Assembly (NCBI GenBank): GCA_046290465.1
Contig: JBKAGP010000001.1
Location: 4,736,001 to 4,800,000, forward strand
Direction: 5' to 3'
Length of the DNA stretch: 64,000 bases
Source: Planctomycetota bacterium
GTDB lineage: Bacteria > Planctomycetota > UBA1135 > UBA2386
In this document: positions 52,367-61,464 of the stretch, in pieces
Layout: the number at the start of each line of letters is the position of its first letter
Position numbering within the stretch: the stretch's first letter is position 1
Program-made: the position numbers and the translations under genes
The notes under the pieces: generated by a model
Told to the model about the DNA's origin: nothing
What the model saw: only the letters and a program-made list of their open reading frames with translations
Databases searched by the model: none

Positions 52367-54187
52367 CTACCGGAGCCGCACGTCCTGCGCGGGACCGCCG
52401 ACGCGTGCGTCCCTGCTGACGATCTCGGTCGGTGCGTCGACCCCCGCTTTGACCAAGAACGTGCGGCCCTTCGGCGCGCCAGGAGCAAAGGTCCGGCCGC
52501 GGATGCGCACGGTGTAGAGCACCTCATCGGTGTTGGCGTCGAGGACCTGCACGACCGGGTCGTCGACGTCGAAGCGCAGCTCGCCGAGCTGGCCCCACGA
52601 CGGCGGCGCGTAGTTGTCGAACTGCGAGATCGTGCGCGGCCAGCCGACGTACTGCCTGGCTGCCGGGTCGGTGACGTCGACGTTGCGCGGCCAGCACTCC
52701 ATCGTGATCTCGCGCGTCGCGGTGTCGAGCCTCACGATGCCGAACCCGGCTGCGCGCGTGTTGAGCACGTTGCCGGCGGGCTTCTTCTCGGGATTGGCGG
52801 CGGCGAAGTTGGTGACCTTGTTGGCGAAGCCGTCGAGGTGGTCGCCCGTGTATGCGGGTGCCCCCGGTTCGCGGTTGGCGCCTGACTCGAGCGGTTCCCA
52901 CCAGCGCAGGTAGAGGTTGGCGATCGACGGCACGCAGAACGACCAGATCGCGTCGCGGTGCTCGTCGATCCCGTGCTGGAAGATCGTCGCCAGGTGCTGG
53001 TCGCCGCCGCAGTGGAACGCGAACGCCTTGCGCAGCGCGGCGACGGCGCGGTTGCGGCCGGACTGCGGCCAGCCGTTGGAGTCCATGTCCGCGTGCAGGC
53101 GGCCGTTGGCGGTGCCGTGGATGTGGGCGCCGCCGCAGAAGATCGTCGCCGACAGCGCGACCTTCATCTTTGCGTGCCGCCAGTCCTGCGCCCAGCGATC
53201 GAGGAACGCGAGCTGCCGTTCGCCGAGCAGCACCGCGCCGTCGATGTCGACGCTGGCCGGGTCGTACTCGGGGTTGCGGATGTGGTCGGGTCGCGGCCCT
53301 TGCTTTGGGACCTTGCCGGCCGGGCCGGTCTTGAACTTGCGGTCCTCGAGGATCGCGAAGTCGACGTTGCCCCAGTTGAGGTTGGTGAACCAGACGCCGA
53401 TGCCCTGGCCGATCGTGTGCGGGTCGACCGGGTCGGGGAAGTGGCTGGTCTGCGCGCGCTCGACCTCCTGCACGTAGACGCCGGGGCGCTTGTAGCCGCC
53501 GTCGGCGGCGCCGCCGAGCAGCGCGACCTTGCCGCTCTCGCCCCACAGGTTGGGCTGGCCGGCGTCGTGGTCGTCGGGCAGGCACAGCGTCGGCCGGTCC
53601 TTGATGATCTCGCCGAACGCGCGGCCGAACGCGAGCCAGGCCGCGAGGTGGCGATGGTGGTCGTAGACCTGGTCCCCGGAGAAGAACAGCAGATCCGCGT
53701 CGACCTTCTTGACGTTGTCGATCAGGTCCTGGCGCGAGCGATCGCCGCCGTGCGCCGGGCGGATCGAGTTGCCGGTGAAGCATGCGACGACGACCTCGGC
53801 TTCGTCCTTCGGGTTCTTGCGCACGATGCCCTCGTAGGTCGCCTCGGTGCCGTGCGCGACGCGGTAGCGGCAGGCGCGGCCGTCGTCCCAGCCGTCGACC
53901 CGGAACGGCGCGGTGAAGCCCGGCTCGATCACCTGGGTCTTGGCGACCTCGACCCAGCCGCCGTCGCGTTCGACCTCGAGCCGGACGGTGCGCGGGGCCG
54001 TGTCCGCGAGCGGATACAGTTGGGCGGTCAGCTTGAGCGTGCCGTCGTGCACGGTGTAGAGCGCGAAGCAGATCGCGTCCTTGGCCGCGACCTCGGGGAT
54101 GCTCAGGTCGACGCGGCGCTGCGCGCGGGCGCCACCGGCGACGAGGAGGCCGACGGCCGCGATGGCCAGGGCTTGCGTGCGGATCAT
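52367..54187 (-). CDS. PhoD-like metallophosphoesterase, exported
   Basis: FFSGDQVY, PDDHD, LEDRKFK, LLGERQLAFL, DSNGWP, GGDQH; signal peptide. Confidence 0.8.
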   Translation of the reverse strand: MIRTQALAIAAVGLLVAGGARAQRRVDLSIPEVAAKDAICFALYTVHDGTLKLTAQLYPLADTAPRTVRLEVERDGGWVEVAKTQVIEPGFTAPFRVDGWDDGRACRYRVAHGTEATYEGIVRKNPKDEAEVVVACFTGNSIRPAHGGDRSRQDLIDNVKKVDADLLFFSGDQVYDHHRHLAAWLAFGRAFGEIIKDRPTLCLPDDHDAGQPNLWGESGKVALLGGAADGGYKRPGVYVQEVERAQTSHFPDPVDPHTIGQGIGVWFTNLNWGNVDFAILEDRKFKTGPAGKVPKQGPRPDHIRNPEYDPASVDIDGAVLLGERQLAFLDRWAQDWRHAKMKVALSATIFCGGAHIHGTANGRLHADMDSNGWPQSGRNRAVAALRKAFAFHCGGDQHLATIFQHGIDEHRDAIWSFCVPSIANLYLRWWEPLESGANREPGAPAYTGDHLDGFANKVTNFAAANPEKKPAGNVLNTRAAGFGIVRLDTATREITMECWPRNVDVTDPAARQYVGWPRTISQFDNYAPPSWGQLGELRFDVDDPVVQVLDANTDEVLYTVRIRGRTFAPGAPKGRTFLVKAGVDAPTEIVSRDARVGGPAQDVRLR

Positions 54188-55083
54188 GGGTTCGTGGATA
54201 CCAGGGGGGCGGGCTTCGGGCGAGGGGCGGGCGCCGGCGTCGTCGCGTCGCGCGAGCGGGCCGGGCGCCAGTGGCAGAACAAGTACAGCGGGATCAGCGC
54301 GTGGGGGGCGCGCAGCACCGCTTCGTGCACGAACTGGTCGGCACCCCAGTGGTGCAGCGCGGTCGACATGCCCGCGACCGGGCGTGCGAGCGCGGTCAGC
54401 AGGCCCCAGAAGGCCGCATACAGCGCGCAGGGGCGGCGCAGCGCAGGCGCCAGCAGGCCGACGCACGCAGCGACGTCGAGCACGCCGGCGACGCGCAGGA
54501 TCGTCGTGGTCGCCTCGTGCGAGGTGCCGAGGATCACCGTGGTCATGCCGTGGAAGTTCGGCGGCGTCGGCCACAGACCGAGCGCGTAGACGCCGTGGCC
54601 GGCGAACACCGCGACGAACGCGAGCATCGCGACGGCGACGGTCACCTGGTGGCGCACACCGATGGTCAGCGCGAGCACCAGCAGGACCGGGCTCAGCACC
54701 TGGCCGCCGTGTTCGACCAGCGTCGGCAGTTGGCGCAGGTCCTGCACGTAGTTCGCGAACGCGACGGTCGCGAGGCCGCAGGCGCCGATCAGCAGGGCCG
54801 CCTGCTGCAGCCGCGCCCTCGGGGTGACGGTCAGCGACAGCACCGTGCACGCCAGATACGGCCAGAACATCGCCGCGATGCAGCGCTGCACCCAGCCGTC
54901 GTTCGAGCCCGATCCGACGAACGCGTCCCAGTCAGCGTCGACCAGCGCGTAGGTCGACTCCTGCCACAGCAGCACGCCGTACGGGCCTTCCCAGTAGTAG
55001 TGCTGCCAGGTCCAGCCGGCGAAGCACAGCAGGGCGGCGAAGCGCAGCAGGAGCAGCAGCAGGTTGTCGCGGTCGGGCTTCAC
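54184..55083 (-). CDS. Multi-pass membrane protein of unknown function
   Basis: Several TM helices; FAGHG, WGLLTALARP, LRAPH; start uncertain. Confidence 0.7.
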   Translation of the reverse strand: MKPDRDNLLLLLLRFAALLCFAGWTWQHYYWEGPYGVLLWQESTYALVDADWDAFVGSGSNDGWVQRCIAAMFWPYLACTVLSLTVTPRARLQQAALLIGACGLATVAFANYVQDLRQLPTLVEHGGQVLSPVLLVLALTIGVRHQVTVAVAMLAFVAVFAGHGVYALGLWPTPPNFHGMTTVILGTSHEATTTILRVAGVLDVAACVGLLAPALRRPCALYAAFWGLLTALARPVAGMSTALHHWGADQFVHEAVLRAPHALIPLYLFCHWRPARSRDATTPAPAPRPKPAPLVSTNP

Positions 55084-55291
55084 GAGGACGTCGGAGAACG
55101 TCCAGGATCCGGCCGCGGCCGGCTGCAGGCACGGATTCCATCCGAAATCCACGGGACGGTCCCCGTCCGTTCGCGGCCGGTGCCGGGCGGCAGGCCATCA
55201 CGCGCCGGCTGTGCTTCGTGTCGTCCTTGCAGGGGCGCGAACGTCGCGGGATTCGTGGATACCCTGCGGTCGTTCCGGCAGGTAGGTCTCC

Positions 55292-55825
55292 ATGCACAGC
55301 ATCGCAGCATCCGCGGACGACTGGCCTGCGGCCGAGACCGGCGGGGTCGCCGCCGCCGCCGTCGTTCGCGAACAGGCGCGGCCGCTGTTCCGCTACGCGC
55401 GCATGCTCGGCGCCGACGCGGAGCTTGCCGACGACCTGTGCCAGGAGGCGTTCGTCATCGCCTGGCAGAAGGGCAAGCAGGAGCTGCCGGCGGCGGCGTT
55501 GGCGACGTTCTTGCGGCGCGCGGTCCGCAACCTCTGGCTGCAGCAGCGGCGCAGCGATCGGCGCAAGGAGCGCGCGATCGCGGCTGCCGCCGAGCGGCTG
55601 TGGTCGCGCGAGGGCGGCGACGAAGGCGGCGAGCTGCTGGCGCGCACGAAGGCGTGTCTGGCGCGGCTCGAGGGGCGCGCGGCGCGCGCGATCGACCTCG
55701 CATACGGCGAAGGCGCGAGCCGGGAGCAGATCGCGACCGCGCTCGCGATGAAGCCGAACGGCGTCAAGACCTTGCTGGCGCGCACGCGTCAATGGCTCGA
55801 ACAATGCATCCGGAGGCAGTCGTGA
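55292..55825 (+). CDS. ECF RNA polymerase sigma factor
   Basis: LFRYARMLGAD..ADDLCQEAF, FLRRAVRNLW, region 4 IATALAMKPNGVKTLLARTR. Confidence 0.9.
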   Translation: MHSIAASADDWPAAETGGVAAAAVVREQARPLFRYARMLGADAELADDLCQEAFVIAWQKGKQELPAAALATFLRRAVRNLWLQQRRSDRRKERAIAAAAERLWSREGGDEGGELLARTKACLARLEGRAARAIDLAYGEGASREQIATALAMKPNGVKTLLARTRQWLEQCIRRQS

Positions 55826-57012
55826 ATCCCATCGAAACAGCCCGTTCGCGTCGTCTGGACGCGGTCTTGACCGAGGCGGTCGGTCGCGACGTTCCGTCCG
55901 ATCTCGAAGCGCGCATCCTGGCGCGTCTGGGCACGACCGGCGGCGCGCGCTCCCGTGCGTCGCGCTGGCTGGTCGCCGCCGCGCTGCTGCTCGGCGGTGG
56001 CATCGTGCTCGCGACCGCGAGCCTGCAGGGTGGCAGCCGCGGTGCCGCGCAGGACCCCGAGGCCGTGCTGGTGACGACCGCCGATGTCGCGGCGTCGATC
56101 GAGCCGGTCGACGCGCCGGCGGCCGACGAGGTGCAGGCCCGCCTGCTGCTGCTCGCCAAGGCGAACGACGCGAATCTCGCGATCGCGAACGGGGTGCAGG
56201 GGCATTCGCAGACGGTCGTGACCGGCATGAGCCTGCAGACGGCGCTGCGGGCGATCGCGCGCGACGTCGGGGCGCCGGTCGCGGAATGCGACGGCATCTT
56301 CGCGGTCGGCGTCGGCGCGAAGCTCACGGCCGGGCAGGCGCGCGTGACGCTGCACACCGGCGAGGTGTCGGTGCGCGCGTTCTTCAAGCTGCTGCACGCG
56401 CGCTGTGGGGTCGGCTTCGTCGTCGGCGACGATGTCGTCGGCCGCGTCAAGGTCGACGTCGACGACGTGGCGTGGCGCGACCTGCTCGACCTCGTCGCGA
56501 AGCGGTGCAACTTCGGCGTGGTTGGTCGCGGCAGCGTGCTCGCGATCACGAGGCGGCAGGCCAGGGTCGAGCAGCGCGTGTTCTTCCACTTCGAGGACAC
56601 GTCGATGACGAAGATCGTCACGACCTGTTCGAAGATCGCCGGCCTCAACACGATCATCGATGCGGGCGTCGACGGCCGCCTGACCCTGCTGACGCGAAAC
56701 GCGGACGCCCGCGAGGCCTTGCGCGTGGCCGCCGCCTGCGTCGGCGCCGACGTCGACGCCGGCAAGCTGGTGCGGATCCAGCCGCGGCCGGCAGACGCCC
56801 GGACCGTGTCCGCGACTGCCGAGTCGTGCCAACTGGCGACCGAGGCAAAGCGCTGGGTCCAGCAGCTGCCCGACATCGACCTCACCTGCACCGCCAAGGC
56901 CACCATGTCCGTCTTCGTGCACCAGGCCGACATCCGCGAACTGCTGCGCGCTGCCGCCACCGCCACCGGCCACCACCTCCAGTTCGACGACACCACCTTC
57001 ACCCTCCACTGA
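55822..57012 (+). CDS. Putative anti-sigma factor with tandem STN/secretin-N-like domains
   Basis: GTGA overlap with the sigma gene; RWLVAAALLLGG TM; repeats like VGRVKVDVDDVAWRDLLDLV and GLNTIIDAGVDGRLTL. Confidence 0.7.
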   Translation: MNPIETARSRRLDAVLTEAVGRDVPSDLEARILARLGTTGGARSRASRWLVAAALLLGGGIVLATASLQGGSRGAAQDPEAVLVTTADVAASIEPVDAPAADEVQARLLLLAKANDANLAIANGVQGHSQTVVTGMSLQTALRAIARDVGAPVAECDGIFAVGVGAKLTAGQARVTLHTGEVSVRAFFKLLHARCGVGFVVGDDVVGRVKVDVDDVAWRDLLDLVAKRCNFGVVGRGSVLAITRRQARVEQRVFFHFEDTSMTKIVTTCSKIAGLNTIIDAGVDGRLTLLTRNADAREALRVAAACVGADVDAGKLVRIQPRPADARTVSATAESCQLATEAKRWVQQLPDIDLTCTAKATMSVFVHQADIRELLRAAATATGHHLQFDDTTFTLH

Positions 57013-57106
57013 CCAACTGGCGCAACATGAACCCGGTTCCGTATGCGCCACTTGGTGCCGCATACGGAACCGGGTTCATGTTGCGCCAGTTGGTCAGTGG
57101 AGGGTG
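57000..57106. repeat. Perfect 48-bp inverted repeat with 11-nt loop; REP/REPIN-like family member overlapping a stop codon
   Basis: 57000-57047 is the exact reverse complement of 57059-57106; contains CGCATACGGAACCGGGTTCATGTTGCGCCAG. Confidence 0.9.
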
Positions 57107-57140
57107 GCGCGGTACGCGGGTTGCATATCGGATGCACTGC

Positions 57141-59165
57141 ATGTGCCCTCTGTCGCTCGTCCGCTGCACGCTGGTGCCGCTGGTTCTCGTCGTCGTCGCG
57201 GCGGCGCAACACGACGAACCCCGATTGCTCGACCTGCGCGCGCCGGCGGGGGATGCGGTCGTCGATCCGGAGGGGACCACCGAGCGGTGGCTGAACTGCC
57301 GGATCGTCGACGCGATCACCGGGGAGCCGCTGCCCGATGCGGAGGTGCTGCTGATGGCCGAACAGAACACGCCGATCGCCGGCGAGTTCGCGCCGGCGAT
57401 GCGCCTCGAGGCCGACGACGAGGGCTTCGTCAGCGCTCGCATCGACGAGGGGGTCGCCGGCTACCGGCCATGGAACTGGCTCTGCGTGCGCGCCCCCGGC
57501 TACGGCCAATACATGCAGATGGGCGTGCTCGACCCCGAGATCGTGCGGCTTGCGCCGGCGATCCCGGTGCCGGTGCAGGTGCGCGACTGGGCGGACCGGC
57601 CGGTCGAGAACGCGCTGGTCGGCTTCTGCGCCGGCTGCGGCCACACCCAGGACCTCGTGCACGGCCGCACCGGTGCCGACGGTGTGCTGACGATGACCGG
57701 CATCGACCTCTGGAACGGCATCGCCGACTTCTACGTCGTGCACCGCGACCTCGCGCTCGGCTACGACAGCCCGGAGTGGTTTCCCGGGGCGCAGCCGATG
57801 GTGCTGCGCGTCGGCGCCGGGGTGCCGCACGAGGGTATGCTGGTCGGCGCCGACGGCCAGCCGGTCGCCGGCGCGACGGTCGGCATCTCCGGCGTGCACC
57901 GCGGCCCGTGGGCGCGAACGGCCGCGGACGGCACGTTCCGTCTGTATGGACTCGAGAGCCGCAGCGACCTCTGGGTGCACGTCGACGGCTGGCGGCTGCT
58001 GTTCGAGGAGGATGGGGTGCAGCACATGCGCTTGAAGCTGCCACCGACGCCGGACCGGCTGCCGGACGACGACCGTGCCGAGGTGCTCGAGCTGACCGAC
58101 GACCGGCGCGAGGCGCGCGATCGACAGCGCGAGCACGAACGCGAACTGCAGGAGCGCCGTGAGCAGGCGTGGCCGCGTGTGCCGGTGCGCGTCGTCGGCC
58201 TGCCGCAGGACGGCGGCGTCACGCTGCGCACCCGTCGCCAGAGCTGGGATCTCGACGACGCGATCGAGGTCGGCGAACCGGTGGCGCTGCCGGACGAGCC
58301 GTTCGTGTTCGAGCTGGCCACCGAGGGCCGCTCGCGCGTCGTGGCCGTGGACCGTTCCGACGCGCTTGCCGACGGCGTCGTGCGGCTGCACTGGTACCGC
58401 CCGACCATGGTCGAAGGCAGGATCCTCAACTCGGCCGGCTGGCCGGCGCCGGTGCGGGTCGCGGTCACGCGCCCCGGCTCGACCGCACCCGAGCGCGGCG
58501 CGGGCTGGCACGCGAGCAAGGGGGCGCTGTCGCTGCCGACCGCCGAGTGCGGCACGCGCTGGCTGGTGATCGAGGAGCAGATGACCGACGTGCGCGTGAT
58601 CCTGACGATCGAGCTGCCAGAACGCGGCGACGACGCCTGCTTCGACATCGGAACGATCACGATGCCCGAGGAGCCGGCGCACCGGTTCGAGCGGCCGGAC
58701 GGCACGCCGCTGGTCGACGGATCGGTGCGGCTGCTGCGCGCCGGCTGGACCGATCTCGATCGCGGTTGGGCGTTCGAGGCCGGACCCGACGGCAACTTCT
58801 GGCTGCCCGAACTGCTGCCGGGCGACGCGCTGCTGGTGCGGTCGCGGCTGCCCGAGGCCGCCGACCTCGACGGCGCCGGCGTGGTCGACCTGCCGACGCG
58901 ATTCGTGATCGGGCACGACGCGCCCGTCGTGTTCCGCATGCACGGCGGCGAGCTGCGCTTCGACGTCGACACCGGCGGGGGCACGGCGTATGCGACGCTC
59001 GGCGACCGCGTGGCGCCGTTGCGCGGCGCGACCGTCGTGCGCGGGCTGCAGGTCGGCCGGCACGACGTCTTCCTCGCCGCCTACGGACGTCGCTCGGCGG
59101 CGCTCACGGTCGACGTGGTCGCTGGCGAACGCCGACGCGTGCGCGCGGTGCTGCCCAAGCGCTGA
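57141..59165 (+). CDS. Secreted protein with carboxypeptidase-regulatory-like (prealbumin-fold) repeats
   Basis: Signal peptide; RIVDAITGEPLPDAEV, VRDWADRPVENALV, GADGQPVAGATV, TAADGTFRL. Confidence 0.75.
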   Translation: MCPLSLVRCTLVPLVLVVVAAAQHDEPRLLDLRAPAGDAVVDPEGTTERWLNCRIVDAITGEPLPDAEVLLMAEQNTPIAGEFAPAMRLEADDEGFVSARIDEGVAGYRPWNWLCVRAPGYGQYMQMGVLDPEIVRLAPAIPVPVQVRDWADRPVENALVGFCAGCGHTQDLVHGRTGADGVLTMTGIDLWNGIADFYVVHRDLALGYDSPEWFPGAQPMVLRVGAGVPHEGMLVGADGQPVAGATVGISGVHRGPWARTAADGTFRLYGLESRSDLWVHVDGWRLLFEEDGVQHMRLKLPPTPDRLPDDDRAEVLELTDDRREARDRQREHERELQERREQAWPRVPVRVVGLPQDGGVTLRTRRQSWDLDDAIEVGEPVALPDEPFVFELATEGRSRVVAVDRSDALADGVVRLHWYRPTMVEGRILNSAGWPAPVRVAVTRPGSTAPERGAGWHASKGALSLPTAECGTRWLVIEEQMTDVRVILTIELPERGDDACFDIGTITMPEEPAHRFERPDGTPLVDGSVRLLRAGWTDLDRGWAFEAGPDGNFWLPELLPGDALLVRSRLPEAADLDGAGVVDLPTRFVIGHDAPVVFRMHGGELRFDVDTGGGTAYATLGDRVAPLRGATVVRGLQVGRHDVFLAAYGRRSAALTVDVVAGERRRVRAVLPKR

Positions 59166-59242
59166 TCGCTGCGGTTCGAACGCGATCCGACGATCCGCCG
59201 GATTTCGCGACCCCTTTGGCGCCGCCCCGGCCATGGTCTTGC

Positions 59243-59797
59243 ATGATCGACCAGATCGTGCAGAGCCGCGGCGAACCTTCCGGAGCGCAAGGCGTAGCGC
59301 CGGCCGACGGCACCGCCGCCGGCGAACTGATCCGCCGCCACTGGCAGTCGGTGCGCCGCTACCTGCGCGTGCTCGGCGCCGAGGCGGCGACCGCCGAGGA
59401 CCTCGCCCAGGAGGCGTTCGTCGTGGCGCTGCAGAAGGGGATCGAAGACCGTGGCGCGGCGACGGCGGCATGGCTGCGCCGCACCGCCCGTAACCTGTTC
59501 TGCAACCAACTGCGTCGCCGCAGCCCGGTCGCGATGGAGGTGGCCGAAGCGGTCTGGGAGGAGCACGGCGACGACGACGAACGCCAGCAAGCCTTGCGCG
59601 ACTGCCTGCCGCTGCTGACCGAGCGCAGTCGCATGGCGCTCGACCTGGCCTACGGCAAACGGCAGTCGTGGGCGCAGATCGGCGCCGTGCTCGCGATGCA
59701 GCCGGGTGGCGTCAAGACGCTGCTGCGGCGCTGTCGCGAGACCCTGCGCGCATGCATCGAACGGGCGACGCAAGCCGGAACGGAGGACGAACGATGA
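59243..59797 (+). CDS. ECF RNA polymerase sigma factor (paralogue of 55292)
   Basis: VRRYLRVLGAE..AEDLAQEAF, WLRRTARNL, LAMQPGGVKTLLRRCRETLRACIER. Confidence 0.9.
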   Translation: MIDQIVQSRGEPSGAQGVAPADGTAAGELIRRHWQSVRRYLRVLGAEAATAEDLAQEAFVVALQKGIEDRGAATAAWLRRTARNLFCNQLRRRSPVAMEVAEAVWEEHGDDDERQQALRDCLPLLTERSRMALDLAYGKRQSWAQIGAVLAMQPGGVKTLLRRCRETLRACIERATQAGTEDER

Positions 59798-61389
59798 GCG
59801 AATGTCACGACGAGGATCGCGCGCGCGAGCTGGAGTCCGCGCGAATGCGCGAGTTCGAGGCGCGGCTCGAACAGGAATATGCCGGCGAGCCACCAGTGGC
59901 GGCCATCCTTCGACGCGCGGCCGACGGCCCGCGGCGCCGGTCGCAGGCGGTCGTCTGGCTGACGGCGGCGGTGGTGCTGCTCGCGTTCGGCGTGACGCTC
60001 GCGATGGCGTTCTACTCGCGCGGCGAGGACGACCAGGTCGACGCCCCCCAGGACCGCGAGGCGCCGATCGAGCTGCGTTGGCCCGAGGGCGTGCCGCGTG
60101 TGTATCGACCGGAGCAGCTGCCCGAGGTGCCAGCCGACGTGCCGATGCTCAGCATCGGCATGCCGGTCTACACGGCCGCCGACCTGTCGCGGTTCTCGGC
60201 GCTGCGGCAGCTCGACGTGCGCCTGACGGTGAAGACCCTCGGCCGGCTGATGCGCGAAGGCGAGCCGCCGGCCGGCACCCGTCTGCAGGCGCTGGCGACC
60301 GCACCGCAGCTGCGCCGGGTGTCGTTCGACTTCTACTCGCTCGTGCCGGCGGACCTCGAAGCACTGCGGCACCTCGAACGGCTGCAGGTCCTCGAGCTGT
60401 CGGGCATCGTCGAGATCAACGACGCGCTGCGGGCCGCCGCACAGCGTGGTGGTGCGGTGGAGTGCTCACCGTTCGACGCTGCGTTCGGACGTGCGGTCGC
60501 TGCGCACAGCCGCGCACGCACGCTGCGGACCTCGGGCATGCCGATCACCGCCGCCGGCATCCGTGCACTCGCGGACGCCGGCCTGCACACGTTGACGCTC
60601 GACGCGTCGGGCGGGGTGACCGCCGCGGCGCTCGAGGCACTCGCCGAACTCCGCACGCTGCGACGGCTGACGCTGCGTTCGGTGCACGGCGCCTCGATCG
60701 ACGAGCGTGCCGCCGGCATGGTCACGCGCACCGGCTCGCGCGTCTGGTCGCGCGCAGCGATGCAGCGCATCGCGGAGCTGCCCAACCTCGAGTCGCTGAC
60801 GCTCGACACCTGCTACCTCGACGACGAAGTCGTGGCCGCGCTGCCGCGCACGCTGCTGCGTCTGGACCTGAGCACCTGCTTTGGTGTCGACGCCCGCCTG
60901 GTCGACGTGGTGGCCCGGATGGAACGGCTGCACACCATCGGGTTGCCGCTGCGCATGGCCGAAGCCAAGGACTACACCGGCAGCTGGCGACCGTGGGCGC
61001 GCGATTCGGACCTGCACACGCGCCGCCTCGACGGTGAGGCCGCCGCCGCGATCCTGCGCTCGCGCCCGTGGCGCGAGCTGCTGCTGGACGGGCGCATCCC
61101 CGACCGCGTCGCCGACGCGCTGCGCAACCAGGACGCCCTGCAGTCGCTGATCCTCAACCCGACCGACGGCAGCGCATCGCTGTCGTTCGTGGCGTCCATG
61201 CCCAAGCTCGAGCAGATCTGGTTCGTCGAGTCGGACCTGCTCGAGGACGAGCTGAAGCCGATCAACGCCTGCGCGTCCCTGCAGCGGGTCGTCTTCGAGG
61301 ACTGCACGCACAATCGCGTGATCGGCGTGCCGGTGGACGTGCTGCGCGAAGGCCTCGAGGTGCGCATGGTCACGCGGATGATCAACTGA
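59794..61389 (+). CDS. Putative anti-sigma factor with extracytoplasmic leucine-rich repeats
   Basis: ATGA overlap with the sigma gene; WLTAAVVLLAFG TM; LxxLxxLxL repeats (LERLQVLEL, LRTLRRLTL, LPNLESLTL). Confidence 0.75.
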   Translation: MSECHDEDRARELESARMREFEARLEQEYAGEPPVAAILRRAADGPRRRSQAVVWLTAAVVLLAFGVTLAMAFYSRGEDDQVDAPQDREAPIELRWPEGVPRVYRPEQLPEVPADVPMLSIGMPVYTAADLSRFSALRQLDVRLTVKTLGRLMREGEPPAGTRLQALATAPQLRRVSFDFYSLVPADLEALRHLERLQVLELSGIVEINDALRAAAQRGGAVECSPFDAAFGRAVAAHSRARTLRTSGMPITAAGIRALADAGLHTLTLDASGGVTAAALEALAELRTLRRLTLRSVHGASIDERAAGMVTRTGSRVWSRAAMQRIAELPNLESLTLDTCYLDDEVVAALPRTLLRLDLSTCFGVDARLVDVVARMERLHTIGLPLRMAEAKDYTGSWRPWARDSDLHTRRLDGEAAAAILRSRPWRELLLDGRIPDRVADALRNQDALQSLILNPTDGSASLSFVASMPKLEQIWFVESDLLEDELKPINACASLQRVVFEDCTHNRVIGVPVDVLREGLEVRMVTRMIN

Positions 61390-61464
61390 GCCGCAAGTCC
61401 GTCCGCGTGACCCTCCCGCGTCGGGGCTTTCGCATCCCGACGACCGCCCCCCTAGACTCGCGGC

